NCBI GenBank assembly: GCA_011523185.1
Contig: WTHI01000122.1
Coordinates: forward strand, 39,962 to 99,855
Length of the DNA: 59,894 nucleotides
Source: Methanobacteriota archaeon
GTDB taxonomy: Archaea; Thermoplasmatota; Poseidoniia; Poseidoniales; Thalassarchaeaceae
Direction: 5' to 3'
In this document: positions 19,814 through 28,696 of the stretch, piece by piece
How the letters are laid out: each line of letters opens with the position of its first letter
How positions within the stretch are numbered: position 1 is the first letter of the stretch
Notes under the pieces: model-generated
Told to the model about the DNA's origin: nothing
What the model saw: the letters and a program-made list of their open reading frames with translations, nothing else
Databases searched by the model: none
Made by a program: the position numbers and the translations under genes

Positions 19814-20920
19814 ATGGCAAACAGTAGTCTAGTAGACCGTAAACCGGTCACTAGCCATTTGGAAGATTTACACTCTTTAATTCGAAGAAGTGCGTTTGTA
19901 TTTCTTATTGCTTCTGTGGTAACAACAATTTGGGTAGAAACAATTCTCAATAATTGGAGCCTTTCTCAGTCACCCTCAGGTGCTCTATCTGTCTATGGTC
20001 CTTATGATTGGATAGAAATGAGATTCATGGCTGTAATCATTATTGCATCTGTCATTTCACTTCCATTTTTTTCTCTCGATTTGAGATTCTTCGCCAATGC
20101 AGGACTTCTATCTAATGAGAAGAGGTGGCTAGATTCATACTTGATTTTGAATGCAATAATTGTTCCGAGCATTTTGTATTGGGTATGGTTCAGTATGATT
20201 CCTTATTACATCGAAGCGGGTATTCAACTAGACTCAATATCTTCAGTCACTCCGAGATATGACGCCTCAGAATTATTTTCTTTGGCAAGTGGCATTTCTT
20301 GGATCTTAATTCTTACATTTACTTCTACACTATTCCTTTCCCTCTCAAGATTATTTGGTTTGGTTGAAGAAGGCCGGAGTAGATTTAGAAACCGAGTCTT
20401 TGCTATTGTCGGTGGTTTGCTAATTTTGACCCTGCCAGAAATTTTTGAAGGTCTTAGAATTTTGATTGCAATATTAGTATTGGTAACTGCTGAGGTAATA
20501 TCTCGAACAGTGCCGAAAGGTCCTTTGGGTCCGCGCAATCCAGAATTTACCCAATTTGTCGACAAAGATGGTTCAGTTCAAAAAATAGCTTTAGTTGACT
20601 GTTCATGTGATGGGGCTTGCCCGTCATTTAAGGAAAATTGGTTGCACCAAAAAATACCAATTCTTCGACCAAGTGCGCTATGTTTGGACGAAAATGAACA
20701 ATTGGCATTGAGAGAAATGGTGCAACGCAATTCACTCACTCGCTTGACTATCACTGGGTGTAATGGATATCCTTTACCAATCGATATTCGCTCTTACATT
20801 GAATCCAATCAAACTGAGTTAGACGGACTAAATTGGTTAGATGAAGATAATTCAAATTTACCAAACTGGAGAAAACAATCTTTGCAGTTTTATTCGTCAG
20901 AATATCGTAGATTGCCTTGA
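19814..20920 (+). CDS. TatC-like translocase subunit fused to a Cys-rich C-terminal domain
   Basis: HLEDL...RR N-terminus, about six TMs, GP.D periplasmic loop, GLLSNEKR matching TatC PGLxxxE(R/K). Confidence 0.7.
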   Translation: MANSSLVDRKPVTSHLEDLHSLIRRSAFVFLIASVVTTIWVETILNNWSLSQSPSGALSVYGPYDWIEMRFMAVIIIASVISLPFFSLDLRFFANAGLLSNEKRWLDSYLILNAIIVPSILYWVWFSMIPYYIEAGIQLDSISSVTPRYDASELFSLASGISWILILTFTSTLFLSLSRLFGLVEEGRSRFRNRVFAIVGGLLILTLPEIFEGLRILIAILVLVTAEVISRTVPKGPLGPRNPEFTQFVDKDGSVQKIALVDCSCDGACPSFKENWLHQKIPILRPSALCLDENEQLALREMVQRNSLTRLTITGCNGYPLPIDIRSYIESNQTELDGLNWLDEDNSNLPNWRKQSLQFYSSEYRRLP

Positions 20921-20945
20921 AATTGAAGCGATACCAATTCAACAA

Positions 20946-20968
20946 TCCGTTCCCTTCAAGGGAACGGA
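20946..20968. promoter_or_regulatory. Perfect 11-bp inverted repeat over the putative promoter of the M6 protease gene
   Basis: TCCGTTCCCTT-C-AAGGGAACGGA. Confidence 0.5.
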
Positions 20969-20969
20969 G

Positions 20970-22991
20970 ATGTTCGATATCGGTATGAAGGGACTTAGGG
21001 CAGGGCTAGTGGCTCTGTTGTTGCTAGGTGCCATATATGTGCATTTTAATTCCGATATGGTGGATGATTGGGCCTCCAATCGAGTATCCAATGATGACGA
21101 TAGTGGGCTCCCATTATTGGGGGTTCAGGTTGATGAACAATGGTTAGTCCTTCAAGTTGAATTTCCGAATAACCAATTTTCAACTTCAACCGCCTCAGAT
21201 ATTCTAATCGGAGAAGGTTCTGCTGAGGAATACATTGACCAAATGACCGCTGGGTCTTCGTCTTTATCGGTGACATTATTTGATGAAGTTTGGCAAGCAC
21301 CATATGGAGTCAAAAATTGGGGTGAAGATGTTGCCGGAGAAAGAGATCATGGTGCAGATGGGAATGGGGCTGAAACTTTGCTCCGTGATGTTGCCTCAGA
21401 CCAACTACAAGGAATTGACCTTTCCAATTGGGACTTGAACTCGGATGGAGTAATCGACAGAATACTAATTCTGCACTCAGCACAACCTCAGGAAATGAAT
21501 GGTGGCACTGATTCACTTTGGAGCCACTTCACAGGAATGCAAGAACCATTAGAAATTGGAGATTGGAGAATTGAACACTTCACAATCGCTTCAGTACATT
21601 CTGGTGTAGGTACAGTTGTGCATGAAATGTTACACCAAATGGGTGCTTTAGATTTGTATGATGTTCACAGCGATTTGCCAACCAGTAATTGGAATGGCAT
21701 TGGTGACTGGGGGATAATGGCTAGTGGTAATTGGAACGGCAATGGTGCAATACCTGCCCTACCTTCCTCCTCTACTCTCGACCTAATTGGAGTTAAGAGA
21801 GGTATTCAGGTAGATCCGAATTTTTCCAATTATACCATCCAAGGAATATCTCAAGGAGGTTCATACCTTGAAATTCCAATTGCACCAAATGAATGGGTCC
21901 GATTCACACTTAGAGTCAATTCGGGATTCGATTCGGCCCTGCCTGGCCATGGAGTTATTGTTGAAATTCAAGATCAAAATAATGGCGATGAAGGTAACAA
22001 CCTTGTCAACACCGACCCGGAAAAAGCGTGGCTGAAAATTCTCGAAGCGGATGGCGATGCGGCCTTGCAACGAGGCCGAGATAGTGGCGCACCTGGAGAC
22101 GCTTTTACCCAAGGTGATCAATTGGGAGCAAATGGCATGCAAATACGAGATAGTCGAGGTCGTTTGGTACAATGGACAGCGACAATTGAGAGTATCAATT
22201 CTGAAGAGACAAAAATTAGTTTCGATTATCCGGAAAATCCCACGACAGTCGATGTATTACCTCCTAGGGGGCCGTTGGAAATTCTCGGACAAGAAACAAT
22301 TTTTGCCACAGTATTTGCAGAAACCCCTTGTCAATTAGAAATCGACGTCTACACTTCAAGCAATTCAGAAGGGGTCGCTCCAAGAATTGTTTCAATTGAG
22401 CAAGGGGAATCTACAGTAGAACTTGCTACCGCTAACCAAATGGCTCAGGGTTCAGGATATCTTCGAGGCACAATTGGTTGTGAAGGGGAAGAGAATTGGC
22501 AAATTGACTTAGACTGGTATTCCATAGGTCATAGAATCACTTCGGAACACCTTACTGCGGTTATTCCTTGGGATGAAAATTCCCAGCTCACACTATCTAC
22601 GTCTTGCTTGGGTGAAGGTTCACGAACATACTCTATCGCAGTCGAGGGAGCACTCTCTCGAATAGCCACTGTCCAAACCGCTGGGGAATTACAAGCATGC
22701 CCTGAAATCGTCCTAAACATAGTCCCTGATGGATTATTGAATCCAGGTATGATTGCAGAAGGTGAAATCGTTTTCGTCGACTCCTTCGGATTAGAACAAA
22801 GAGTTCCTGTTACACTTACTGCACAATCATCATTCAACGGGGATAGCCCTCTTTCTTGGCTCGTTCAACCTAGCAATGCAATCATGGTTATTTTCGTTTT
22901 ACTCGCAATTTCATTGATGCCTACATCAAATCCTAAACCAATTAACCAAAATCAACCTACAAACGAAGAAGACGAATCTCAAATATTGTGA
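20970..22991 (+). CDS. M6 (immune inhibitor A-like) metalloprotease, membrane anchored; start 20970 or 20985
   Basis: DLNSDGVID, LWSH, HEMLHQMGALDLYD, WGIMASG; N- and C-terminal TMs. Confidence 0.88.
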   Translation: MFDIGMKGLRAGLVALLLLGAIYVHFNSDMVDDWASNRVSNDDDSGLPLLGVQVDEQWLVLQVEFPNNQFSTSTASDILIGEGSAEEYIDQMTAGSSSLSVTLFDEVWQAPYGVKNWGEDVAGERDHGADGNGAETLLRDVASDQLQGIDLSNWDLNSDGVIDRILILHSAQPQEMNGGTDSLWSHFTGMQEPLEIGDWRIEHFTIASVHSGVGTVVHEMLHQMGALDLYDVHSDLPTSNWNGIGDWGIMASGNWNGNGAIPALPSSSTLDLIGVKRGIQVDPNFSNYTIQGISQGGSYLEIPIAPNEWVRFTLRVNSGFDSALPGHGVIVEIQDQNNGDEGNNLVNTDPEKAWLKILEADGDAALQRGRDSGAPGDAFTQGDQLGANGMQIRDSRGRLVQWTATIESINSEETKISFDYPENPTTVDVLPPRGPLEILGQETIFATVFAETPCQLEIDVYTSSNSEGVAPRIVSIEQGESTVELATANQMAQGSGYLRGTIGCEGEENWQIDLDWYSIGHRITSEHLTAVIPWDENSQLTLSTSCLGEGSRTYSIAVEGALSRIATVQTAGELQACPEIVLNIVPDGLLNPGMIAEGEIVFVDSFGLEQRVPVTLTAQSSFNGDSPLSWLVQPSNAIMVIFVLLAISLMPTSNPKPINQNQPTNEEDESQIL

Positions 22992-23068
22992 AGCATTACT
23001 TTCACTAACCGACTCAATACCTCTCTCTCGTTGGCTGATTGATAGGTGATTTGTATTGCCTTCAGACT

Positions 23069-23890
23069 ATGTCTCGGCCAACGAGTATTTCTTGGGGTGA
23101 TTCAGCAATAGATCTAGTATTACCAAAACCAAAGGTACCCTCTGTCCTCCTTATTGATCAACATAGAAAGGAATTCCAAGGTGCACTATTACGAATGGTT
23201 GCTAACGATTTGTCTGAATCTATACCAGTACATTGGATTGATGGAGGGATGGTATTCGACCCATCCCCTCTTCTTCCTTTGTTACGAATACGAGGTTGTA
23301 AAAATCGTGAAGTATTGTCGAATTTCCATATATGTCGTGGTTTCACAGCTCACCAAACAGCGTCGATTATTCAACGACTGTCTAATGAAGCAAGATCAAG
23401 AAATTCACCGAATAGACTGATAGAGGGGAGAATAATCGTGATTTCACAAATACCTAGGATGTTTATGGATACTCAACTTAAGAAATCGGAAGGGCGCTCT
23501 TTGTTGAAGGCAACACTTCAACGATGTAGGGACATTAGTAAAGATTCTAATTCCTTGGTGATTCTCACATCAAGTCGTAATTCATCACCACCGTTAAGCA
23601 AGGATATGCACGAGATTCTGAGACAATTTACAGATGATATACTGAGGATTGATGAACCACGCTCGAAAAAATCTAATCGTGGTTTGGCAAGAAAGAGATT
23701 ACACCTTTTGTCCCTTGATAGGGAAATGATTTGGTCACAATTGCCGTTTGGTCAAACCTCACTTCTGGAATTCCGTCACATCCAAACCTCTAGACTAGAT
23801 TGCCTCTTCGAGCCTGCAGCTACAACATCTTCATTCCAACCGAAGGGAGATAGTATCGAAGTGGCGGCTCGAACAGCTAGTGGAGTATAG
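23069..23890 (+). CDS. Inactive RadA/RecA-like protein associated with PolB2
   Basis: VHWIDGG..FDP and CRGFTAHQ RecA-fold motifs; no Walker A; adjacent to PolB2. Confidence 0.75.
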   Translation: MSRPTSISWGDSAIDLVLPKPKVPSVLLIDQHRKEFQGALLRMVANDLSESIPVHWIDGGMVFDPSPLLPLLRIRGCKNREVLSNFHICRGFTAHQTASIIQRLSNEARSRNSPNRLIEGRIIVISQIPRMFMDTQLKKSEGRSLLKATLQRCRDISKDSNSLVILTSSRNSSPPLSKDMHEILRQFTDDILRIDEPRSKKSNRGLARKRLHLLSLDREMIWSQLPFGQTSLLEFRHIQTSRLDCLFEPAATTSSFQPKGDSIEVAARTASGV

Positions 23891-26163
23891 AATTCAGCAT
23901 CTCCTTTTTGTCCTGAAATGGAATTCGTTGCTGAGTTTATTTCTGATTGTAATCGCACCCTGTCGGTAGGCTGTTCTCTTTTCCAACCTGTTACGGCAAA
24001 ACGAACCTTCCTTCCAGGAGGTGTGGTTTGTTCTAGCGCTCGGGCACGAAGAAGAGCCGCTGCTGTCAGATTCATTACACGATGATTACCAGTTTCATAT
24101 CGTACTCTTCTACCTACTATCAATTGACTCAATGGCACTTCTCCTCTCTTCATACGAGATATTTCATCTTCAACACGTTGAGCCGCGATTTTCGGTCCAA
24201 TTCCAAATGGGTCATTCGCTAAATCTTCCATCATATCTTCTTGTAATTGCCTTATCCATTCACATGTTGAATGCTGGCGTAATTCAATCCCTCTAACCTT
24301 CCACTCTTCTCCTATCTTTGCATAGTATTTTGTGAGTGCACCAACTCCTGTAGTTCTATTTGGGATGAATGCAATCCAATCATATTCATGTTCTAGTTCA
24401 AGAGGTATGCCAACCAATGCTTCAATTCTAGCCATCAAACGTTGGTATGAATCTCGTTTTTCTTCCTCGCTTCGATTCTTTCTATCTTTAATCCAAATAG
24501 CGTCTACTATAGCGTGTATGCAATCCCATCCTTCTTTGTTTGCTTCTTCAATAGTGGTCAGGAGTATTTCACGAGACCAAGCGCAAATAGCCTCGTGACA
24601 TTCTATTCTACCAAAGCGTGCATTTCGATAACCAGTATAGCCAAAACAAGTTACTAAGATCCACTTCAGAACATTTTGTCTTCTGTCCCAAACGTCTCCT
24701 TTGTTCTGCCTTTTTTCTTTCAATACATTCCGTCTTTCAATTATAGGTGCTACCACTCTACCTAGGAATCCATGCCTTTTCGTACAGACATGTAATCCAA
24801 GTTCGGGTACAACTAATTTCAGATTTTCATTATTTTTTTGCCTTTTTTGAATTTCAGCAGCAGCTGTTTTTACATTCAACGATAATCTCCCATCTTTTCT
24901 TGAATGGCCCGAATCTAGATTACAGCACAAACAATTCATAGTTTCAGGACTAATGTTTCTAGTTGCAATTATGCTGGGGAATAAACTCGCAAAATCTAGT
25001 TCGATAACACCTTGGTGAACACCAACAATTGGGTCTAAGTATAGTCCACCCCGATCAGCCAACATTATTTGTTCAGCATCTTTCATATCTTCTGGCCTAT
25101 TCTTTTTCCAAGGAATCAATACTCCATCTTCAATCGATTGTCGAATTTGCATAGCTGAAATTGCTGAACCCGGTGATAATCTCGATAGGTCCGCTGCTGG
25201 TAATCCCGAAGCCCTTGATAATTCCATTAACCCCTCAATCCCACCTTCTTTGCCTATGAAAGAGCGTCCCATATCAATGTGTAATCGCCCTTCTAAGGAA
25301 TGGTACGCTTCTTTTCTTAGAAGTCGGCCGTAGCTCCAAGCCACACGTTCTTGAGAGCGAGGTTTACTTCCTCTTCCATTTCTACTAATATTCAGTTTCA
25401 CTCCCGACTTCTCGGCGAGTCTAATCAATGCAGGAATGTCTACATTGTCTCCATCATGGGTGATTACAATGTCGGGGTCAATTTCCTCTATTTTTCTGTG
25501 GAAATCATCTAACATATGGGCAGAGCAAGTATATGCGTCGGCAACCAAAGTTTGACTGAATGATTTGCCTTCACAATAAATTACTCCCTTGTCAACTATT
25601 GTGATACTAGAAATTGGTGCGCTAGCCTTTCTTTTACCATTTACATCTAGGCAACAAACATCGAGTTCGATGATTCTAAGAGGTGGAAGTTGCCAATCAA
25701 CTTCGTCTCTTGTATCTAAGGGAAAAATTTGGTTTCCAATTATCTTCACTCTCCCAAATGGATGGGTTTTGAGGTCTAACAAAAATTTCTGAGTGATTTT
25801 TGGGTCAACGGAAAAAAGCTCGAAATTTCGCCATGAACCATTTGCATCAATCATCTCTGCAATTTTTCTTATCTTCGATGGCTTCTGTAAATTAACTGCC
25901 AGGACTTCCACCTGTTTTTGTGATTCATGTGAGGTACGATGCCTTTCCCTTCTCAATGATAGTGCTCCAAATGGACGTTGGTATTCAGGTCTAGAAAGGG
26001 CTCTACCTAGTTCATCTAATCTGTGCGATTCTCCATGAACATGTATCGTGAATGACCATGGCATTAGGATCTGTTGAACTCCCCCATCGTCTTTCTTTAT
26101 CCATAAACTCATACATTCGGTTTTGATATCTAGATGACAATCAAGGATCCATCCTTCATCCAT
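23776..26163 (-). CDS. Family B DNA polymerase, PolB2 (Dpo2-like) group
   Basis: LDFASLFPSII, KWILVTCFGYTG, altered motif C HAIVDAIW, VRGIELRQH. Confidence 0.9.
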   Translation of the reverse strand: MDEGWILDCHLDIKTECMSLWIKKDDGGVQQILMPWSFTIHVHGESHRLDELGRALSRPEYQRPFGALSLRRERHRTSHESQKQVEVLAVNLQKPSKIRKIAEMIDANGSWRNFELFSVDPKITQKFLLDLKTHPFGRVKIIGNQIFPLDTRDEVDWQLPPLRIIELDVCCLDVNGKRKASAPISSITIVDKGVIYCEGKSFSQTLVADAYTCSAHMLDDFHRKIEEIDPDIVITHDGDNVDIPALIRLAEKSGVKLNISRNGRGSKPRSQERVAWSYGRLLRKEAYHSLEGRLHIDMGRSFIGKEGGIEGLMELSRASGLPAADLSRLSPGSAISAMQIRQSIEDGVLIPWKKNRPEDMKDAEQIMLADRGGLYLDPIVGVHQGVIELDFASLFPSIIATRNISPETMNCLCCNLDSGHSRKDGRLSLNVKTAAAEIQKRQKNNENLKLVVPELGLHVCTKRHGFLGRVVAPIIERRNVLKEKRQNKGDVWDRRQNVLKWILVTCFGYTGYRNARFGRIECHEAICAWSREILLTTIEEANKEGWDCIHAIVDAIWIKDRKNRSEEEKRDSYQRLMARIEALVGIPLELEHEYDWIAFIPNRTTGVGALTKYYAKIGEEWKVRGIELRQHSTCEWIRQLQEDMMEDLANDPFGIGPKIAAQRVEDEISRMKRGEVPLSQLIVGRRVRYETGNHRVMNLTAAALLRARALEQTTPPGRKVRFAVTGWKREQPTDRVRLQSEINSATNSISGQKGDAEFYTPLAVRAATSILSPFGWNEDVVAAGSKRQSSLEVWM

Positions 26164-26413
26164 TCCTCAACCTCTCAATTTCGTCTTCGATTTTTGAGAT
26201 TCTCTCGTACGCTTCGACTAACATCGCTAGAAATATTGGTTCCATAGGGTCGACTGTGGGTATCATTCCACAAGCCGCCGCTCTGTTTCTAGCGGCATTA
26301 ACCATCGAATCGTAAGCTGAACGTTCTTGCGACCTCAAAGTTCTACGAAACTGCTTCCAACCCTCTATTCTTTCTTCCCCTCTCATCCTCCAAGTTGCAA
26401 CTGTTCGACCCAT
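26156..26413 (-). CDS. Small helical PolB2-associated protein (arCOG07300-like)
   Basis: MGRTV...W..FRR.LR N-terminus; overlaps the PolB2 start by 8 bp. Confidence 0.8.
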   Translation of the reverse strand: MGRTVATWRMRGEERIEGWKQFRRTLRSQERSAYDSMVNAARNRAAACGMIPTVDPMEPIFLAMLVEAYERISKIEDEIERLRNG

Positions 26414-26493
26414 GGGCTTTCTTGGCGGATCAAATCGCCTAACCTTCTTTTTGTAGGCAGGGGGGTATATTATAGCGAGTAAAAGTGAAAAAA

Positions 26494-27492
26494 TCAGCGT
26501 TTACTTGGATTCGACCATCGTGAGTCTGCAGGTGGTCTAGTTATCGCTAGATAACTCCATGAATCTCCCTTATTGACAGGGTGTAACCAAATTTTGTTTA
26601 CTCCAGACGCTAATCTGGAGGCGAGGCAAGCACCGGCCCAATCTCTTGGTGCATCCTCTGGCAAGACTACGAGGAAAGGTGCATGATCATCTCCTAGAGG
26701 CTTATCATAACATCTCCATCTAGTACCGTATTTGAATCCGGGTCGAATTACTAGACCCCTATTAAGCAAGTCAGAAAGAATCATTGCGCCTTCCGATAGC
26801 GGATTTAATCCTTGAATAATTTCACATGTGATTGAATCAAGATGAATACCCCCTGCGGTGGGTACTCCTAATTGTTGGATTTTCCAATCATCGGACGGAT
26901 ATAGCAAACCGTCGGCTGAGGTAATTCCTCCAGATAAATTAGCTAGAGATTCTATTACCTCATGATCTTGAAATGATCCACGGGGGTTTTGAGAGGATAG
27001 TTGGTATGTTACAACACTCAACTCTTCATCTACAACCAAAACCTCCGGCGTTCTTCCGGAATTGCTTACATCAATTGTCCATTGATGTAATTCTATTGCA
27101 TCCAATTTATCGGATTCATGAAACCATCGTATTTCGGAAATCGCTTTACTATTTCTTGGATGAGTATTCGAAGTCCATCGAGCAGCCCAAGACTTAGGGT
27201 GAATTTGTTGAGAAAATAGCTCCATATTTTGAGATAAAACAATTTTGTTACCCGGTACACGAAGAGCCTCTAGGATAGAATATTCTTGTAATAGCATCGG
27301 GTTTTGATTTAGTGCGGTATTCATCCAATCATTTGTTGGTAGCTCTATGTGCCTGTGATAGTGAACGAACAATGTCTCAGCCGGAGATAACTCTAGTTTC
27401 CCCTCTCCATTTGGTCTGCCTATCGCTGATTTTTGCCATAGTCTTTCGGCGGCTGCCCCCTCGTAGACCCAAGTCCCAGAGTGGTCAGCCAT
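26494..27492 (-). CDS. endA: tRNA-splicing endonuclease (two-unit, alpha2 type)
   Basis: LELSPAE N-terminus; RPGFKYGTRWRCY...HAPFLV...RLASGVNK with Tyr/His/Lys triad. Confidence 0.85.
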   Translation of the reverse strand: MADHSGTWVYEGAAAERLWQKSAIGRPNGEGKLELSPAETLFVHYHRHIELPTNDWMNTALNQNPMLLQEYSILEALRVPGNKIVLSQNMELFSQQIHPKSWAARWTSNTHPRNSKAISEIRWFHESDKLDAIELHQWTIDVSNSGRTPEVLVVDEELSVVTYQLSSQNPRGSFQDHEVIESLANLSGGITSADGLLYPSDDWKIQQLGVPTAGGIHLDSITCEIIQGLNPLSEGAMILSDLLNRGLVIRPGFKYGTRWRCYDKPLGDDHAPFLVVLPEDAPRDWAGACLASRLASGVNKIWLHPVNKGDSWSYLAITRPPADSRWSNPSKR

Positions 27493-27588
27493 ACCTCGCG
27501 GAGAGAACCTACTCGCTTGAGTTAGTCGGTCATGATTTGACCATTAAGCACCCCCAAAACTCATTCGCTCCCAACCGTTGGAAGGTTC

Positions 27589-28647
27589 ATGGCGATTGAT
27601 GAAGACACAGTCTCCCGCATTGAATCTCTAAGGCGATTACGTTCCAGCCTCAATGATATGGAAGGTTCTCAGGTGACATTGCTAGGTGATGTTATGTTAG
27701 ACCGTTATCACCATGGATATGCGAATAATCTAAACTCTATCGCACCAGTTCCTGTGTTGAAAATTTTCCAAACCGATGAGAGCCCAGGAGCAGCGGCTCA
27801 TATTGCAAGGGGGCTTAACTCAATAGGTCTAGATGTTGATTTTCACACGTTTGTGGGAAATGATAGAGAAGGTAAAGCAATTGAAGATATGTTAACTGAA
27901 GATGGAATTGCAATAACGGGGATAGAATCAGTTTCAGATAGGCATACGCTCGTGAAAATTCGATTTTTTGGTAGCAGAGAAAGCCTGCTTGAAGAGAGCC
28001 AAATCTTACTACAGGCTGACAGAGGCCCACTTGACCCAATTGATAACTCAATGTCTGATAAATTAGCAAATAATGCTATGAAGCAATTGGAGAATAGTTG
28101 CGCTTTGGTAATCTCAGATTATGATAATGGTGCGGTTACTGTAGCCAGCGCCTCAAAATTGATTGGTGCTGCGAGAAAGAATGGCATTCCCGTCATAATG
28201 GACCCAAAACTAACCGGTTTAGAACGGTCTCGAGGTGCTACGGTGGTTCTAGTTGAGATGAGGGGTATGGAACTTATGCGTCGACGTTTGGAGGCTTCCG
28301 ATTCAGCCTCCGCAGCTTCTGAACTAATTTCTACATACGATTGGGATGCATTGGTAGTTTTGGGAGGAATTAATGGAGTAACTCTCTATCAATCAGAGGG
28401 TGAAGTAATTCATTTCGATTGTACAGCCCCCGCTCCAAAACAACAGATAGGTTTGCATGACGCTGCGGCAACAGCATTGGCAGTAGCATTAGGAAACGGG
28501 TTACAAATGGAAGATGCTGGTTTACTAGCCGCTGCCGCCTGTGACTGTATTCTAACTGCTGAAGCCAGTCAAGAATTCGTAGATATTGATGAACTAGGTA
28601 CGTGGCTAGATGAATTGGTGTGGCAAATGCAGATTTCAGAAAGGTGA
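27589..28647 (+). CDS. PfkB-family kinase related to the RfaE/HldE domain I
   Basis: GDVMLDRY, APVPV, PGAAA, ISDYDNG, DPK. Confidence 0.8.
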   Translation: MAIDEDTVSRIESLRRLRSSLNDMEGSQVTLLGDVMLDRYHHGYANNLNSIAPVPVLKIFQTDESPGAAAHIARGLNSIGLDVDFHTFVGNDREGKAIEDMLTEDGIAITGIESVSDRHTLVKIRFFGSRESLLEESQILLQADRGPLDPIDNSMSDKLANNAMKQLENSCALVISDYDNGAVTVASASKLIGAARKNGIPVIMDPKLTGLERSRGATVVLVEMRGMELMRRRLEASDSASAASELISTYDWDALVVLGGINGVTLYQSEGEVIHFDCTAPAPKQQIGLHDAAATALAVALGNGLQMEDAGLLAAAACDCILTAEASQEFVDIDELGTWLDELVWQMQISER

Positions 28648-28696
28648 ATTGAACACTTTTGCATGGGGTTCAAGACAGATAGTCTAGCCGTTTGGG

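Noticed and set aside
23776..26163. PolB as a marker of a casposon, virus or pipolin
   Set aside because: No Cas1, capsid, integrase or terminal repeats; motifs and neighbours fit cellular PolB2.
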